Source: Trichinella spiralis (Eukaryota). From it: 64,000 nt of DNA. How positions within the stretch are numbered: the first letter of the stretch is position 1; every line of letters starts with the position of its first letter. The notes below the pieces were generated by a model. That model had not been told where the DNA came from and ran no database searches. It worked only from the letters and a program-made list of their open reading frames with translations. The position numbers and the translations under genes are program-made. Below are positions 27,901-41,405 of the stretch, in pieces. Location of the stretch: assembly GCF_000181795.1 (NCBI RefSeq), contig NW_003526941.1, positions 8,782,858 through 8,846,857 of the forward strand, given 5' to 3'.

Positions 27901-30554
27901 TGCATTTTTCAGATGAGTCAAATTTTTCACCAGTGAATGGTGAAACCAACGATCCACAATTCCTTCCCGAATCGAAAACTCCAGCTCGATATACGAATTC
28001 CGTCCAAGATTACAGTGACAACGATTCCACCACCACTGAGCAGATGTACGAGCGTTTGAAAAATTTACCAAATATTCATTCAACATTTCATTCTTCACCC
28101 ATTTTCAGGAGTCAAAATATACCAGTGATGCGATTGATCATGACCAAACGGCAGACCAAAGAGTCGAACAAGATCATCAAAACGGGATGGATAGTGCATC
28201 ACACGCAGCGGAACCATCTACGACGAAAACACTACTGGTGTCTGAGCAGCAAGTCGATCGTCATGTACACGGACGACCACTGCGCTCGTCGATACAGAGA
28301 AATACCGTTGCATCACATTCTGTGCATAGAGCGGGAAAATTTTCAAGCACCGTTGTTCGGACTGTCGGGATCCAATCCTGTGCGTCGTTTGGAACTGCGC
28401 ACGATCACTTCTACTTATTACATTGGTAAGTGTTCGAAAAATTCATTTTATTCGCATACAACTGATTCGTTTCAATTGAAATTATTCGCTGTTGGCAGAT
28501 TTCCAAGATTGCTTGAACAACAAAGAAGCAACAGAATGGGAGACGGCAATACGACAGGCGTGGATGCCAATGTCACCGTACGACAAAAAACCATCCCCTA
28601 CAGATGATAATAGCCCAAGTAATTCTGGCTTCTCTATTGCAATTTTTCCATCTACGAATATTTCCATAATTATTTTCACTTCGGATTGAAAATAATTTAA
28701 ACATTAAACTTCAATCGAAAAATAGTAAATTTCACAGATCTGCCTGATCATTGTATGATTATGATTATGATTATTATTATTATCTTGTTGCATGCATGTT
28801 TGCAACTTTGCAATTGTTAAGAGAAAATAATTTTGGGATTATGTTTCAAAGTTTTCCATTTAGATACTGCTGAATCATCATCAGCTGCAGAGAAAAGCGA
28901 CCTGGAAACGTATTGCAAATCGGAAGAAGACTTTTGCCAAACTTATCAAATTTTCATGGAAGAAATGCTAGGCTCGGGTCAATTTGGAATCGTGTACGGC
29001 GGTAAGAGAAACAAAAAACATCTAATTATCTGTACAAAGAAGAAACTCCATTCTTCTGCCTTTTCTTTTTTTTAAAGCTATTCATCGTAAAAGTGGACGA
29101 CATGTAGCTGTGAAAATTATTAATAAAAAAAAATTTCCCTCCAACCGTGAGTCGGCTTTGAGAACAGAAGTGAAAATTACGCAAAAGTTGAAACACGAAG
29201 GAATTATTCAATTCGAAAGCGTCATGGAAACACCGGAAAGAGTACGTAGGCAGTTGGGGGAATTTTATATCATTTTTATACTTCCACGTTTGCCAGTTGA
29301 CGGCAGGCAAAATTATTCATTTTATTGTCCCTTTTTGATTCTAGATTTACGTTGTCATGGAAAAGCTCAAAGGTGACATGCTTGAGATGATCTTAAACAG
29401 TCAAAAAGGGCGTTTAAATGAGCGGATAACAAAATTTTTGATCACCCAAGTAATCAATTTTCATTTTCTTCTTCACATATGCACACCTTCAACAACTTTT
29501 GCAGTGAAAAATTATTCTCACAGTTTAAAAAAAAGAATATTTAAAATTGTTTTTGATTTTAAATGATGATTTTTTTAATGATTAAATTCAGATTCTTGCC
29601 GCATTGCAATATCTACACGGTCAAAATGTGGTGCACTGTGATCTCAAGCCGGAAAATATTCTATTAGTTACAAACTCTGATTTTCCGCAAGTAAAATTAA
29701 TGATTGAAAAGTAAAATTAAAATTATTCTATATCAATCATGTCGACACATTTCAGATAAAATTATGCGATTTTGGTTTTGCGAGAATAATAGGAGAGCGC
29801 AGCTTCCGGCGCTCAATTGTCGGAACTCCTGCATATTTGGGTAAGCAAGTTGGAATGAAAATTGCTCATATTTCTCACTGGAGCAAACTAATTTCTGCTC
29901 TTTTAGCACCGGAAGTACTTCAAAACAAAGGATTCAACCGATCATTAGACATGTGGTCAGTTGGCGTAATCACATACGTCGCGTAAATTCTTTGTTTCTA
30001 TTATTATTATTATTACCAAAACTACAAGCGGAAAGTATTTCAGTCTCAGTGGCACTTTTCCATTCAATGAAGACGAAGACATTACAGACCAAATCAAAAA
30101 TGCCGCATTCATGTTCCCAAGTCATCCTTGGTCTGACGTATCTCAACATGGTTTGTCATTCATTCATTCATTTCCTTTTACAATCAATCATTTTCAGCAA
30201 TAGACTTTATACAAAGCATGTTGCAAGTGAAAATTTCGAGGCGTTTCTCTGTTCAAAAGGCACTACTGCATCCTTGGCTTCAAGTAAGCATTGGGTGAAA
30301 AAATTTCTGTTATTTTCTTTTTTTTCACAACATTTCGAACAAACCCATCTTTCGAAACATAAGATGAGCATTGTTTCATTAGTAGAGTTTTAGCGAGCCC
30401 ATTTTTGCATATAAAACTTAAAAAATGCTTGCTTATCATTGTACAGAGTCGTCAACTTTGGTCTGACCTGAGAACGCTAGAGAAAAGTATCGGATGCCGA
30501 TATTTGACCCACGAATCGGATGATGAGCGTTGGGAGAATTGCAAGGAACCGTGA
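21505..30554 (+). CDS. dkf-2: Serine/threonine protein kinase D (ULD, C1a, C1b, PH and kinase domains); first exons 21505-21624, 23858-24005, 26936-27067, 27139-27422, 27488-27680, then further exons to the stop at 30552-30554
   Basis: [30 protein letters not shown]1a: [32 protein letters not shown]1b: [49 protein letters not shown]. Kinase: [50 protein letters not shown]. Ends [12 protein letters not shown]. The SFRRS activation loop favours the PKD1/DKF-2 type; the paralog assignment is less sure than the family. Confidence 0.93.
21874..21923. repeat. (ATT)n microsatellite in PKD intron 1
   Basis: Directly visible run with one interruption. Confidence 0.9.
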
Positions 30555-31776
30555 ACTATTATTGAATGCAATTTTGTACACACACACTTCACGACCTCAT
30601 TGGCCTCTGGGAAATTTTCTGCCTATTTTACCGAATTTTGTCAATTCTAATACGCTTAAGCCTTTGAAACTGCTGTTTGAAAATTATGTTTAAAAGTAAT
30701 AAACAAAAATTGTACAACAACTAGAGAAAATGTTTGAAAAACACAAAACTCTGGTCAGAATGGGGAATAAATATACAACAGCTAAAGTTTGCAAAGAATA
30801 GTATTATTGCATTCCAATAAAGAAATAAATACCAATTGCAGAGGACATTTTTGAAAGAAAAGATAATAAAGAATAACAAACAATATCTATACTTGAAACC
30901 TTCAAACCCATTCATACGAAAGCTATTCAACTCATAGATTGAATGAGATGAATGAAAAGAGTTCCAAGAAAAAAAAAGCAACAACTTACCAATAGATGAA
31001 ATGGATGAATGAGCGTGAAGAGCAGCAGATGAAACTATTTGCCATAATGTTGAGCCTAAAAAAGACATTGTTGAAAATTCATTTACTTGAAGTAAAATCA
31101 AAAACCATAAGAAACTTACAGATCATGCCTTGATCAAGATGGATAAGACTTTACCGATTGTCGCACTGCACATATCTAAAAATGGAATCCCTTTCATTAT
31201 TAGATTCATGCTTTGCTTGTAGAATAAATTACATACAGCAAACAAAACAGACATCCGATGTTGTTGTTGTCTCATTGACGGCAGTGTCAACATTATTGAA
31301 GATGTAAACAGTGAACAATAAAATTGGAATAAACTTTTGTGAACCACCGCTTGCTAATTCGTTGAAACATGGACGTGATAAGTATGTTGTTGTTGTTGTC
31401 ACTTTTCGACAATGGACAAAAACATTTCATTGTGGAATATAATAGCAAAAGCAGTCGATGGTCAGTCAGCAGCTGAAACAAAAAGCTAATGGGCCGACTG
31501 GTAAAAGCTTGCCTGAACATCTCAAGGTTCGTGGCGTTCGTGACTGATGGAACAAAGAGCCAAGCCGAATAGAATCAGCACAAGTTCTGGCATCGAAATG
31601 CAAATAAATTGACCGAAAAGTAAATTTTTTACTTGTTCTGCATCAAGTGGAACACCGGTTTGGTTGTTTTCTGATCCGTATACACGCCCTGATATGGGCT
31701 TTGTTCTTTGCCGTTCTTGTTTACCACTGCGCGGGTAATATAAAAACCGTATGACAAAATGCACTTCCATACTGCT

Positions 31777-31782
31777 TATAAA
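31777..31782 (+). promoter_or_regulatory. TATA box candidate for the small secreted peptide gene (second TATAAA at 31739)
   Basis: TATAAA starts 58 nt upstream of the ATG at 31835. Confidence 0.4.
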
Positions 31783-31834
31783 CTGCTTAAGCTGACGAGA
31801 AAAATTCTCTCCACTGGCGAATCATTTTCAAACA

Positions 31835-32338
31835 ATGAAATCCGTAGCACTGTTGCTTGCATTTTGCTGTTCACTGATGATAACTGAATGTGCTGGCTAT
31901 GTAAGTAATTTTTCTTTTAACTGATACAATTTCTTCAATTTCAATATTCTTTAAATTAAAAAAAAACGAACTTTCTCCCTCTCTCTCACACACACGCACA
32001 CACAATCTCGATGAATTGCCAACTGGCAAAATGTTTCCAATCGTAAAATTTTTCAGTGGTACCCTGGATATGGCTATTATCATTATTTCAACGACTACGC
32101 ATATCCATATTATGGATACGGTCCGTGGGGATTTTGGCCGAGAAAAACAGCCAAAGCAGCCAAACCTCTATCTGCGGATTCAATGGTGCAATTGAATGAC
32201 ATTGCAAATGAACAAGACTTGACCAGTTCGCTGAATCGAAACGTCGCTCCTGCGATGCCCGACCACGTGCCTGCATCGGAACCGACAAAATTTGCTTCAG
32301 CTCAACGACCAGTCATATCACCAGACCATTCCCGTTGA
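31835..32338 (+). CDS. Small secreted Tyr/Gly/Trp-rich peptide precursor (115 aa); exons 31835-31900, 32057-32338
   Basis: Exon 1 encodes the signal peptide MKSVALLLAFCCSLMITECAG-Y and ends at a perfect GTAAGT donor. A TTTTTCAG acceptor opens exon 2 in phase 0: WYPGYGYYHYFNDYAYPYYGYGPWGFWPRKTAKAAKPLSADSMVQLNDIANEQDL...PDHSR*. Confidence 0.82.
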
Positions 32339-35300
32339 ATGCTGCATTGATTGAAAGCCTCTAGCCCTTATTTAGAATATAAAAATAATTCAATTCAAAA
32401 GATGCACCAATATTTATAATATCTTTAACATGTGATCAATAATATTCAATGTTTCACGTGGCCACCACTTTCACTTTTTCGTAGATTTTGTCGAAGATTC
32501 AATTTTCGTAGCAACAATATTTCCAAATGCATATTCGATGAGCATGTGTAGAAAGAATTAAATATAAATACACAAATATCCATGTATGTATAGACGGTTG
32601 GCAAAACTGTTGAATAATTTCCATTAAAATTCGATCATTATTTTTCCAGTAGATTCTACCATATTAGCATAGGTGCATTAATTATCCATTTGTCTGTCGT
32701 CCATTCATACGGTTGCTACTGGACACGCTTGATTAAAAAGCGATCTCCAATAATAATGAATGCAAAACAAAACCATCCTCAAGTGACTTTTTTTTCAAAA
32801 AGAACATCTGAATTCGTCGATCAGTTCTGGTTGAGTACCTTTTCCATTGCAGTCAGTTGTGCCTTTTAAATTCACCATCCAAAGTTGACATCAAATTTAG
32901 TAGAAACTTTTTCATTTAAACCATTCAGCAGATTCTGAAAATAAATTCAAAAAAAAGTTTAGTAAAGTAGTAAATTGTTGTTGTTTAAATATGGTGAAAT
33001 TATTTTTAAAAGTATCATAATTCATTGTTTATGAATACATACTGGAATCATCACAAATTTATCCGCAATAATTTTTAACAAATTAAAAAGATCAACAAAA
33101 TTAAATGAACAAACATTCTTTGCTGCAGAATGGAAGAAAAAATGTAAAAAAAGTTGATTATAATTATTCTGCTTGAAAATTTTCTTTTTTTCATGCTAAA
33201 TCAGCTCATTTGTAAGTAAAATTTTAATCTTTTCCAATCGATCATTGCAATTGTTCTGTATTCATTTAAATAGTAATTGAAAAAAGTAAATTCAAATAAA
33301 TTCGTTCTTTTCAAAAAGAAAACCTTTGCCTGAAAAGAATGCAAAGTGTATATTAAAGAGTAAATTTGCCCTACAAAACCAATCGCTTAGAATTGAATTA
33401 AAATTCATCCTACTCGAAAAAGAAATACGGAAATAAATTTGCAAACAAAGTTGAATTGATCAATTTTTGAATGGAAAACAAACGTCACATTGTTCGAATC
33501 AATTGATCAAAAATGATCGCAGAACAAATAATTGTTCAAAAGGACCAATTCCAATGACTGTTCGAATTATTTTCGCTTTCGATTAAAGACGTTCAAGTAT
33601 GATTATTTTCATTCATACAGTATACCATGATACATTGCGCACTTGTAAAATGTATGGTCAAGTGTTGTCGAAAAGTTACTTTGAAAAGTGACTACTATTC
33701 ATGTTGAATTGTCGTCGTAATTCGTAAGTGTTAATTTGCAAATTATCATTTATCTGTTGAACAATTTCAACCGTTGACTTTGTTGAAAAAGGGTCGAAGG
33801 TGTGGCGTGATTTTGTATAAGCAATTTTTCGATGAGCAATTCTGTGAGCAAGCCAGAATGCGAATGACCAACAGTTGACCAGTCGCTGATTGTTGTTCCA
33901 TTGGGTCAGAACTGTTTGAAAAATGGTTCAAGTGCAAGTATGGAGGTAAGAGGTTGGTAGGTGATCGATTTGAAATTAAAAGCTTAATGGAATAGCAACG
34001 CGGTGATGACACGAAAAGTTCACTGGTGGCGTCGGTTGGAATCGATACGCGAGCGTAAATTAGCCGGTTTAATTGAGCACAATTTCAGTCGACTTGTTGT
34101 ATAGCTTTGCCGTGAATTTTCCTGGTTTCAACTTACACTAGCTGTTGATATATCAACTGTTCCTCTGTTTTTTTCGGTTCTGTTCACTTTCGCTCCTTTC
34201 CTTTTGCAATGAACAAAAAAAATGGGGAAAAAAAAACAAAAGATGAAAATTTTCCCACAGACTGATGTTGTCGTCGACCGTTGGCTAGCCAGCTGGATAT
34301 CGATTGTTCTTAGCCGATTCAACTTTCTTTGCCATTCACTTTCTAGCTGTACAGCAGCTTAACGTCTGCCGCTAATTTGAAACGTTCGAAAAGAGATTCT
34401 GCCCGTACTGGCGTAGCCAATTAGCCAAAGGACCGCTCAACTGAGCTTTCGTCAGCTTGTCTACTTTTCCATTGTTGAAAATCAACTGAAGAGGAATCGA
34501 TCAAGATTCATCGAATGAAAAAGGTAAAAAGTTTTCTTTTTTTTCTTGGAAAAAAAATTAACTCAAAAAAAATGCCCCACTGACAGCTTTTACGAACTTT
34601 TCTCGTAACATGCGTTGATCAAAGCCACCCACTGATCAGCTGCAATGATGGTGAACTTATCTGGTGGAATAGTTCAGCCAAAAATAATTGGGCACTGATT
34701 TTACTTTGAATTACAAAAATACCAAGAACAAGAACAGGCAGAAAGGAAATATTTACACAAGATGAGAGCGAGATTATTTTCCGAACAGATTAGAAAATCT
34801 ATTTTTGCATTTGAACAATTTGATTTGCCGATGACAGAAACAAACGGCTTGGAAAACAAAGAAGCGCACGGTTGAAAAACATTAGCATGCAGGTGATATT
34901 TTGAAATTTGAAAACGCAGGGTCGTGCAGCTCGTGAACGGACGGATGGAATAAAATAAATTTAAAGAAAAAAAACCTCGCATACAGACACGGATATTTCC
35001 AAATTTGGAAAGGTGAGCTTCACCATTGTTGAAGCATGCACGGCAATTTGGACAATGGAAGAAGAAAAAGCCCGTCGCATTATTGCGTCCAGTATTGACA
35101 TTTGACAGCAGCAGAAAGAAGTAAGTATGAGCGTCGGTGTTGCTGCTGGTGCAACTGATGGATGCTGCAGAAAGCAAGAGCAGCAGAGAATAAAGCAAAA
35201 GAGAAGAAAAAGCTTAGATCTGCTTGCTGTGCACACGTTGCTGCAAAAAGCTTTGGCAAATGTGGATCATTATTGCTTGTCAAAGCTTGTCACAAAGCAG

Positions 35301-38300
35301 TCGGAAAATAATAACAGAGGACACAAATGTTCAAACCGACAAACGAGCGTGCGGCTTTATTTCAACGCTCTTTTATTTTCTCCTCCCAAGCATTCAATTT
35401 TTCTTCTTCTTTTCAATAAACTTATTTTCATCAAATAAAATGGTAAGCAAATAAATAAATAAATAGATTCCCATCTGTCTATTTATCTATCTATTCCTGT
35501 GTGTGTGTGTGTGTGGGAAAAGGGTCCATTTCTATTTCCTTGTCCAAATTTTCTTCCATTTCCCTACTTATTCAGTTAGTTTGCTTTTATTATGACTACA
35601 TTTTCAACAAACGATTCGATGGAACATTTCGAAAACCGGCCGTTGAAGCAACTCATTCATTCTCTAGATGATTTGTAATATAATCTAGTTTGGGCGGATG
35701 ATAATCGAATTGAGTGGAAAAAATCAGACGAAGCATCCGATCAACTTGAGCACGATCAGGCTTGGTTGATTGATCGTCCATCGATGGGTTAGGCTTAATA
35801 GAATACAATACAAGCAAACGGTGTAATTTTTAAAGTGATCACAAAGGGGGGATATTCCAAGAGAAAATAGCTTATCTATTGATCTACTTATTCAGCACTA
35901 GCAACACCTATGAAACGGGATGTTTTTCATCCTCCTTCCTATTGTCTCCATCTCTGCCACATTCATTCTCCAACTTCAATTGATTGGATTGATCATTCAC
36001 CACTACAAGTATTTTTTGCATTGTTTTTTTCTTTTATCTACTCACTTATTGAAGTGGATTTCCAAAATGTAGAGAGAATATTTTCGAGGAAAATTCTTTT
36101 TTTTTCCATTACACACAAATATGGCAACAAACAACTGTCAGCAAGTGTATCTTTTTTCTGTCACACCTTGAACAACATTCTCTTGTCTTTCGTACATGAC
36201 GTTTCACTGGGCACGAGACAGACAATGTGGAGTTTTATGAAAATATTTCATCTTTACCAAATTTCACAAATTTACCTTTCACGTCAGCCGCGCCTCCTCC
36301 TCCTGAGCACATTTATCATAAATGATTCAAATGAAACGGTCGATTCACGAATCCATCCATCATTGGAATAATAATAATAATAATATTGTTATTATTAACC
36401 AGTCCAACAGTACGTGAAAATTTATACCCATTTCCGGCATTTCATACGGATAAATAAATGAAATGGATAAAAAAAGATCAATCGTGTGAATTTTGATGTT
36501 TTTTTTTCTCTTTATCTTTCCATATTACAGTATTCGATTAGCGGAAGAAACAAAAATTGCACATTGTCTTTCCTTTTTTGCACCAATTGTTGTGCACCCA
36601 ACACACGTGTCACAGTTTTGCAAATTTTCAATACAATATAATACAATAGAATACAATGTTCAGTGGAATTTTTGAAACAAATGTGACACAAGCGAAAAAG
36701 GACCAATTTCTGATATCTGGTCCAGTTAGTTGCTTGAAGAAGTCGTTGTTCAGTCGACATTGTCGTTCGGTTCAATTTTATCACTAATAATAATTGATGA
36801 TAATAATAAGAATAATTTTCCATATTTCTGTTGAATTTAAATTTGTACAAAAATGATCATTCACAGGAGAAGAGTAGCTTCGAACGGTGCTTGGACGTGT
36901 AGCCAATGAAAAGCCAAGAAAAGCGTTGATGCGTCACGGACGGTTCTCGCTGGCAAACGATGCTTCAACTTTATTTAAATAATACACACACGGTGAGCTT
37001 GTTTGATTTGCGTTGCGCTAATTCAGAGTCAATGACAATCATCACTCGCCTGTCCAATGCAATAATCACTTTTCTCCCATCTATAAACGTGTGTGCTTTT
37101 CTCAACAACAACAACAACAACACTCCACTTTTGAACTTGAAACTCTGTTGTTTGGAAGGTAAAAAGACGATTTTTATTTTTCGATAACTGATAACAAATA
37201 TTTTTCATAAATAATTCATTTGGATAATTTTTTTCCAATTTATTCAATGATGAATATGAAAATGATCATCATCATCATCATCGGATGTATTTTTACACGA
37301 CATTTTCGTGAAACGATGAACATTTAATGACGAAGCGGTTTAGTCACCATTCGATGTATTATTGATAAATATGAAGAATGAATGAATTGTAAAATTGAAA
37401 ATCCAAATCAAATCAAATCAAATCAACACATCAGCAGTTTGTTTGTCAAATGTGAAATGTATGTTTTAATCTAGATAACAGAATGTTTATCTCTATCTGT
37501 CTCTCTGTTTTCCTCTATATTCCATGTACAGTTGATGATAGTAAAGTGTGGTCGTTTGAGTTGCTTGTTGACAAGGAAATACTGTCTCGTTCGGCCTCAT
37601 CATTATCAGTATTATTATTATTATTATCATTAATATTTGTTCTTACGCGTTTCTAGGATTGAACTGTACCGACATGATTTTCTAATACAAAATACAACAG
37701 TACTAGTAAGCATCGTGTAAAAAGTGCCAATTTTTTGGGTAGGTTAGTTTCTGTTAGAATAATAATAATAATATGAAGCATGATTCTGATGTCAAAAGCG
37801 GAGGCGTGATCGACGTCACGCTCGAACGCGATTCTTCTCTTTGTCTACCACAGGCAGGCAGGCATGTACACAGTGTGGTTGGAAAAATCAAAAAAGAAAT
37901 AATATTCACGTTCAACAATGAATAATACATGCAAAAGCAGAGAGAGTAAGAGAGAGAGAGAGACGAACAACTGAAGAAGAAGAAGAAGAAGCAACAATCG
38001 TCCAAATCTTATCGGGGAAAATGTGATATATATGATTATATATTTAATTAAAATTTGACAGCCGCGATCATATCTCTTCTGAACAATAATTTCTTTTAAT
38101 CCTTCCTCTTTCTCTCATTGATAAAATTTCATCACACTCCACAGAGCATGCGAACAACGGCCACGGCAGCCTGCGAGCCAGATAACGATAACCTAATTTC
38201 TGTTTTCCGTCAAATTTTCAAAGACAAGCCGAATAGATAGATAGCAGCATCGACTATATGCAAAAAGCTGCTTCGGTAAGAATATACCATTCGTTATTAT

Positions 38301-39386
38301 ATCCATTATGGCAAGCAAATTTGATATTTTCCAAGTGACAGCATTGTTTTCTTTTCTCAATTTAAATGATTTAATCAAATCTGCCTTCTTCCTCCTTCTC
38401 CTCCTCCTTTCCCCCCCCCCCCCATCCCAAAAAATTGTCGTTGTACGTTTTCCAACGATGGAAAATTTAGCGAATAAGCCAAGCAAGCGAAGTTGGATGC
38501 AAAATTGCTTAAATTTTGCATAAAGCAAGTTGAGTTGAGTTGTCGTGCATGACTGACTGTAGCTGTTGTTGTTGTTGATGTTAGAAACGAGTTTCTTTTT
38601 CTGTTACGTTTTTGTTCAATGTTCAGTCTCGGTTTGCTTTCCTGCCCCGCTTAATATTCATCACAGTGAGGATCGTCGAATGAACACTCGTTTGTTCGTT
38701 TGTTTGTTTGTTTGTTTGTAATTTCGGTAAACAAAGACCAGAGTTGTTGTTGTTGTTGTTGTTGTTGTGGATAATCAAATCGACCATCGAGCGGTTTTCA
38801 AAGTAGAAAAAGTTCAAAGTAGTTGTGTTTTGTTTTTAGCTCGACAGCCGTCTGTCTCGTTTGGCAGTCAGCCTTGACCAATTTCAAGAAGAAAAGGGAA
38901 TTACAGCACAAAAGGGGAAAAGTGTTCTTCATATTCATGTTCATGTTCATCGTTTCATTTGTCCAACAGCTCTCCTTTTCTCTCTTTTTCTATTCCATCT
39001 GAGTTGATCGTATATTCTCTCAGGCAACGTGAATTAACCCCCTTCCCCCCATTTTTCCCCACCGTACACGCAACAGTATGCTTTTGCACAGTTTGCACAG
39101 TTAGAAATCTCTACGCAATTAGTAGTGGCAAAAATAAAATATGCAAATCATCAAAATCGACCGAACGAAAAGAAAAAAAAACAGCAAAAACAGAACAAAC
39201 ACATACATTATTTTCTCACCGAATCACAAAGATGAAAAAAAAAGAAATTATTATTATTATTATCATAATTATTAAATTCGATATATTTTTATAGAGAAAT
39301 TTTAATAATGGGAAAAAAAAGTACCGCCTACCTGGTGGAAAAAGTTCGAAGACGATCGACCGGTAGCTGATTGGTTCTTTAGTGTT

Positions 39387-39460
39387 CCAGATTACACTGA
39401 ATTCGGATGAGTGCTTGAGAGGATTCGACTTCTAGCACCATTTGAATTCAGTGCATCTGG
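39387..39460 (+). ncRNA. mir-29: microRNA precursor, miR-29 family (miR-29/miR-83/miR-285 seed); mature 3p about 39433-39454 UAGCACCAUUUGAAUUCAGUGC
   Basis: 74-nt hairpin: CCAGAT/ATCTGG, CACTGAATTC/GAATTCAGTG, GGATG/CATTT with G-U pairs, and GTGCT/AGCAC. The 3' arm begins UAGCACCAUUUGAA, the canonical miR-29 5' end and seed. Confidence 0.92.
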
Positions 39461-41405
39461 CACGCACGCTGGAAGGTGTCGAAACCACGGTCAAAGCAGC
39501 AATCAACTGTCGTCCTCTATCCACATTTGTGCACATTTGTTTCCAAGGTTTTCAACAATATCCGCGTTGTATTTGTGGATTTCCAAACTGGATTTCATTT
39601 CCATATTCATATCTACAATAATAAACCATTTTCACTCTATATTTTTCTTTTCTCTCATCTTCTCTGTATATTTTTTACTACCACTGGTGACAGTAAAAAT
39701 GAATCACTACCAAACAATGCAATACAATAATGTGTGAATGTTGCAAAGAAAGTTTGAAAAATTCACAACTACCATTCAATGAACTACAACAAGAATGTTC
39801 AATGTGCAAATTGCAACTGATCACAACAATAAAGCGTTGTTGATCTTTTATCAATTGAACAGCCCAGCTATACTAATACTAATAATAATGTTGCAAAACC
39901 GCAAAACTAGTGAATGTTCCAAGTTTCGCCAATCTCTTTCAAGGCCAATTAACACGCAGTTGAAAAAATTTGCATAAAGTTATCGCGCGTTACTTTTCCC
40001 CAATTAAAAAGAAAAAACGACATCACTTTGACGATTTTCAAATAATCAAATTTCAAGTTTCACTTGTACAGTTTAAAAATTCCCGCCACTGCCGTCGTTG
40101 TTGTTTGTTTTGACTCGTTCTAGAAACTAGATTAAACTAAAAGTGGGGCAATAATTTGAACCGAAAAAATTTCATTTGAAAAAAGTGTCCATTTATTATT
40201 TATTATTATTCCAACTCAACTCAACTCAACTTTGTACAAAAATTCTAACAATGAGAAGAATAAATAAAAAATTAAAAAAATTTATTTCACCCAAACACTT
40301 ACAGCATAAATGACGCAATCTTTTGGCAATTTAATTTTGGCACAGAATTCAACGTCTCTCTTCCATTTCAAGGTTTCTTCTCTTATTCCAACTATTGCCA
40401 ACTTGTCAATAGTAGCCTTTTGTCGAACAACCACCGTGCGAATTGGTCCCGTCTGTAGACATAAAATTCGATCAATAAAAATTAATATTTTCAATTCGAA
40501 CGAATAAACCGAAAAAAAAACTTAAATCCCTTCGACCAGTATTGTCACTTGAAAAATAGTTTTCAAATTTTATTCTACAATCGAACAAAAAATTACACTA
40601 ATGCAAAATTTTACGCGGATCAATTAATTAATTAATCAATGTTCATCTTCAATTCAACACTGTAAATGAAAACAAAAAAGGAAACTGTACAATTGAACGA
40701 AAGGAACGGACGCGCGGGAAAAAAAACGCGCGCACTTTCTACCAACCAACCAGTTTCAGTTACAAATTTCAAGATCTATTCAAATTTGAACCTGCATTGC
40801 AAAATTTGATCGATTCAATAGATGAAAAAATTTAATTAATTATAAAGTAGAGTTCAAAAATTAATGCATGCAACTGATGAAATGATTTGTTGGATGGATA
40901 CAATTTCAAATTTAAATCAAATCTTGGTTTTCATTTTCTTCAAAAAGTACATTTCAAATATTCGAATACACTTTACTTATTATGAAACGTCGAATAAAGT
41001 ATTCAACAAATTCGATGAACTGAATGAAAACAAAGAAAAACAAAAAAATACAACAAAACCGTATCAATTGAATAATTAAAACTAGTGCAAATGAATATTT
41101 TATTTTCAACGCGACAAAAAGTTATTAATCAAATTAAACTCACCATCTAAATATATATATTGAAAATTTTAATTTAATTGCAGTTTAATTGGAAAAAAAA
41201 ACAAAAATAACAATTGTTCAAATAATCAATTCATTTTTTCTTTAAAAAAATAAAATCCAACATTACCGTATGAATGAATAGAAATAAATTTCAATGAGGC
41301 AGCAATAGTACCTGATTGTCAAGAAAAAATTAACCATCATCAGTTGCCGGTTGAAATTCTGCTCAGAGTGGAACTTTTTCTTCCACAAGTGTTGCGTTCA
41401 AATAA

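Noticed and set aside
34645..34875. Plus-strand frame that looks protein-like (KYQEQEQAERKYLHKMRARLF...)
   Set aside because: In-frame TGA at 34696, no usable splice acceptor and no recognisable homology.
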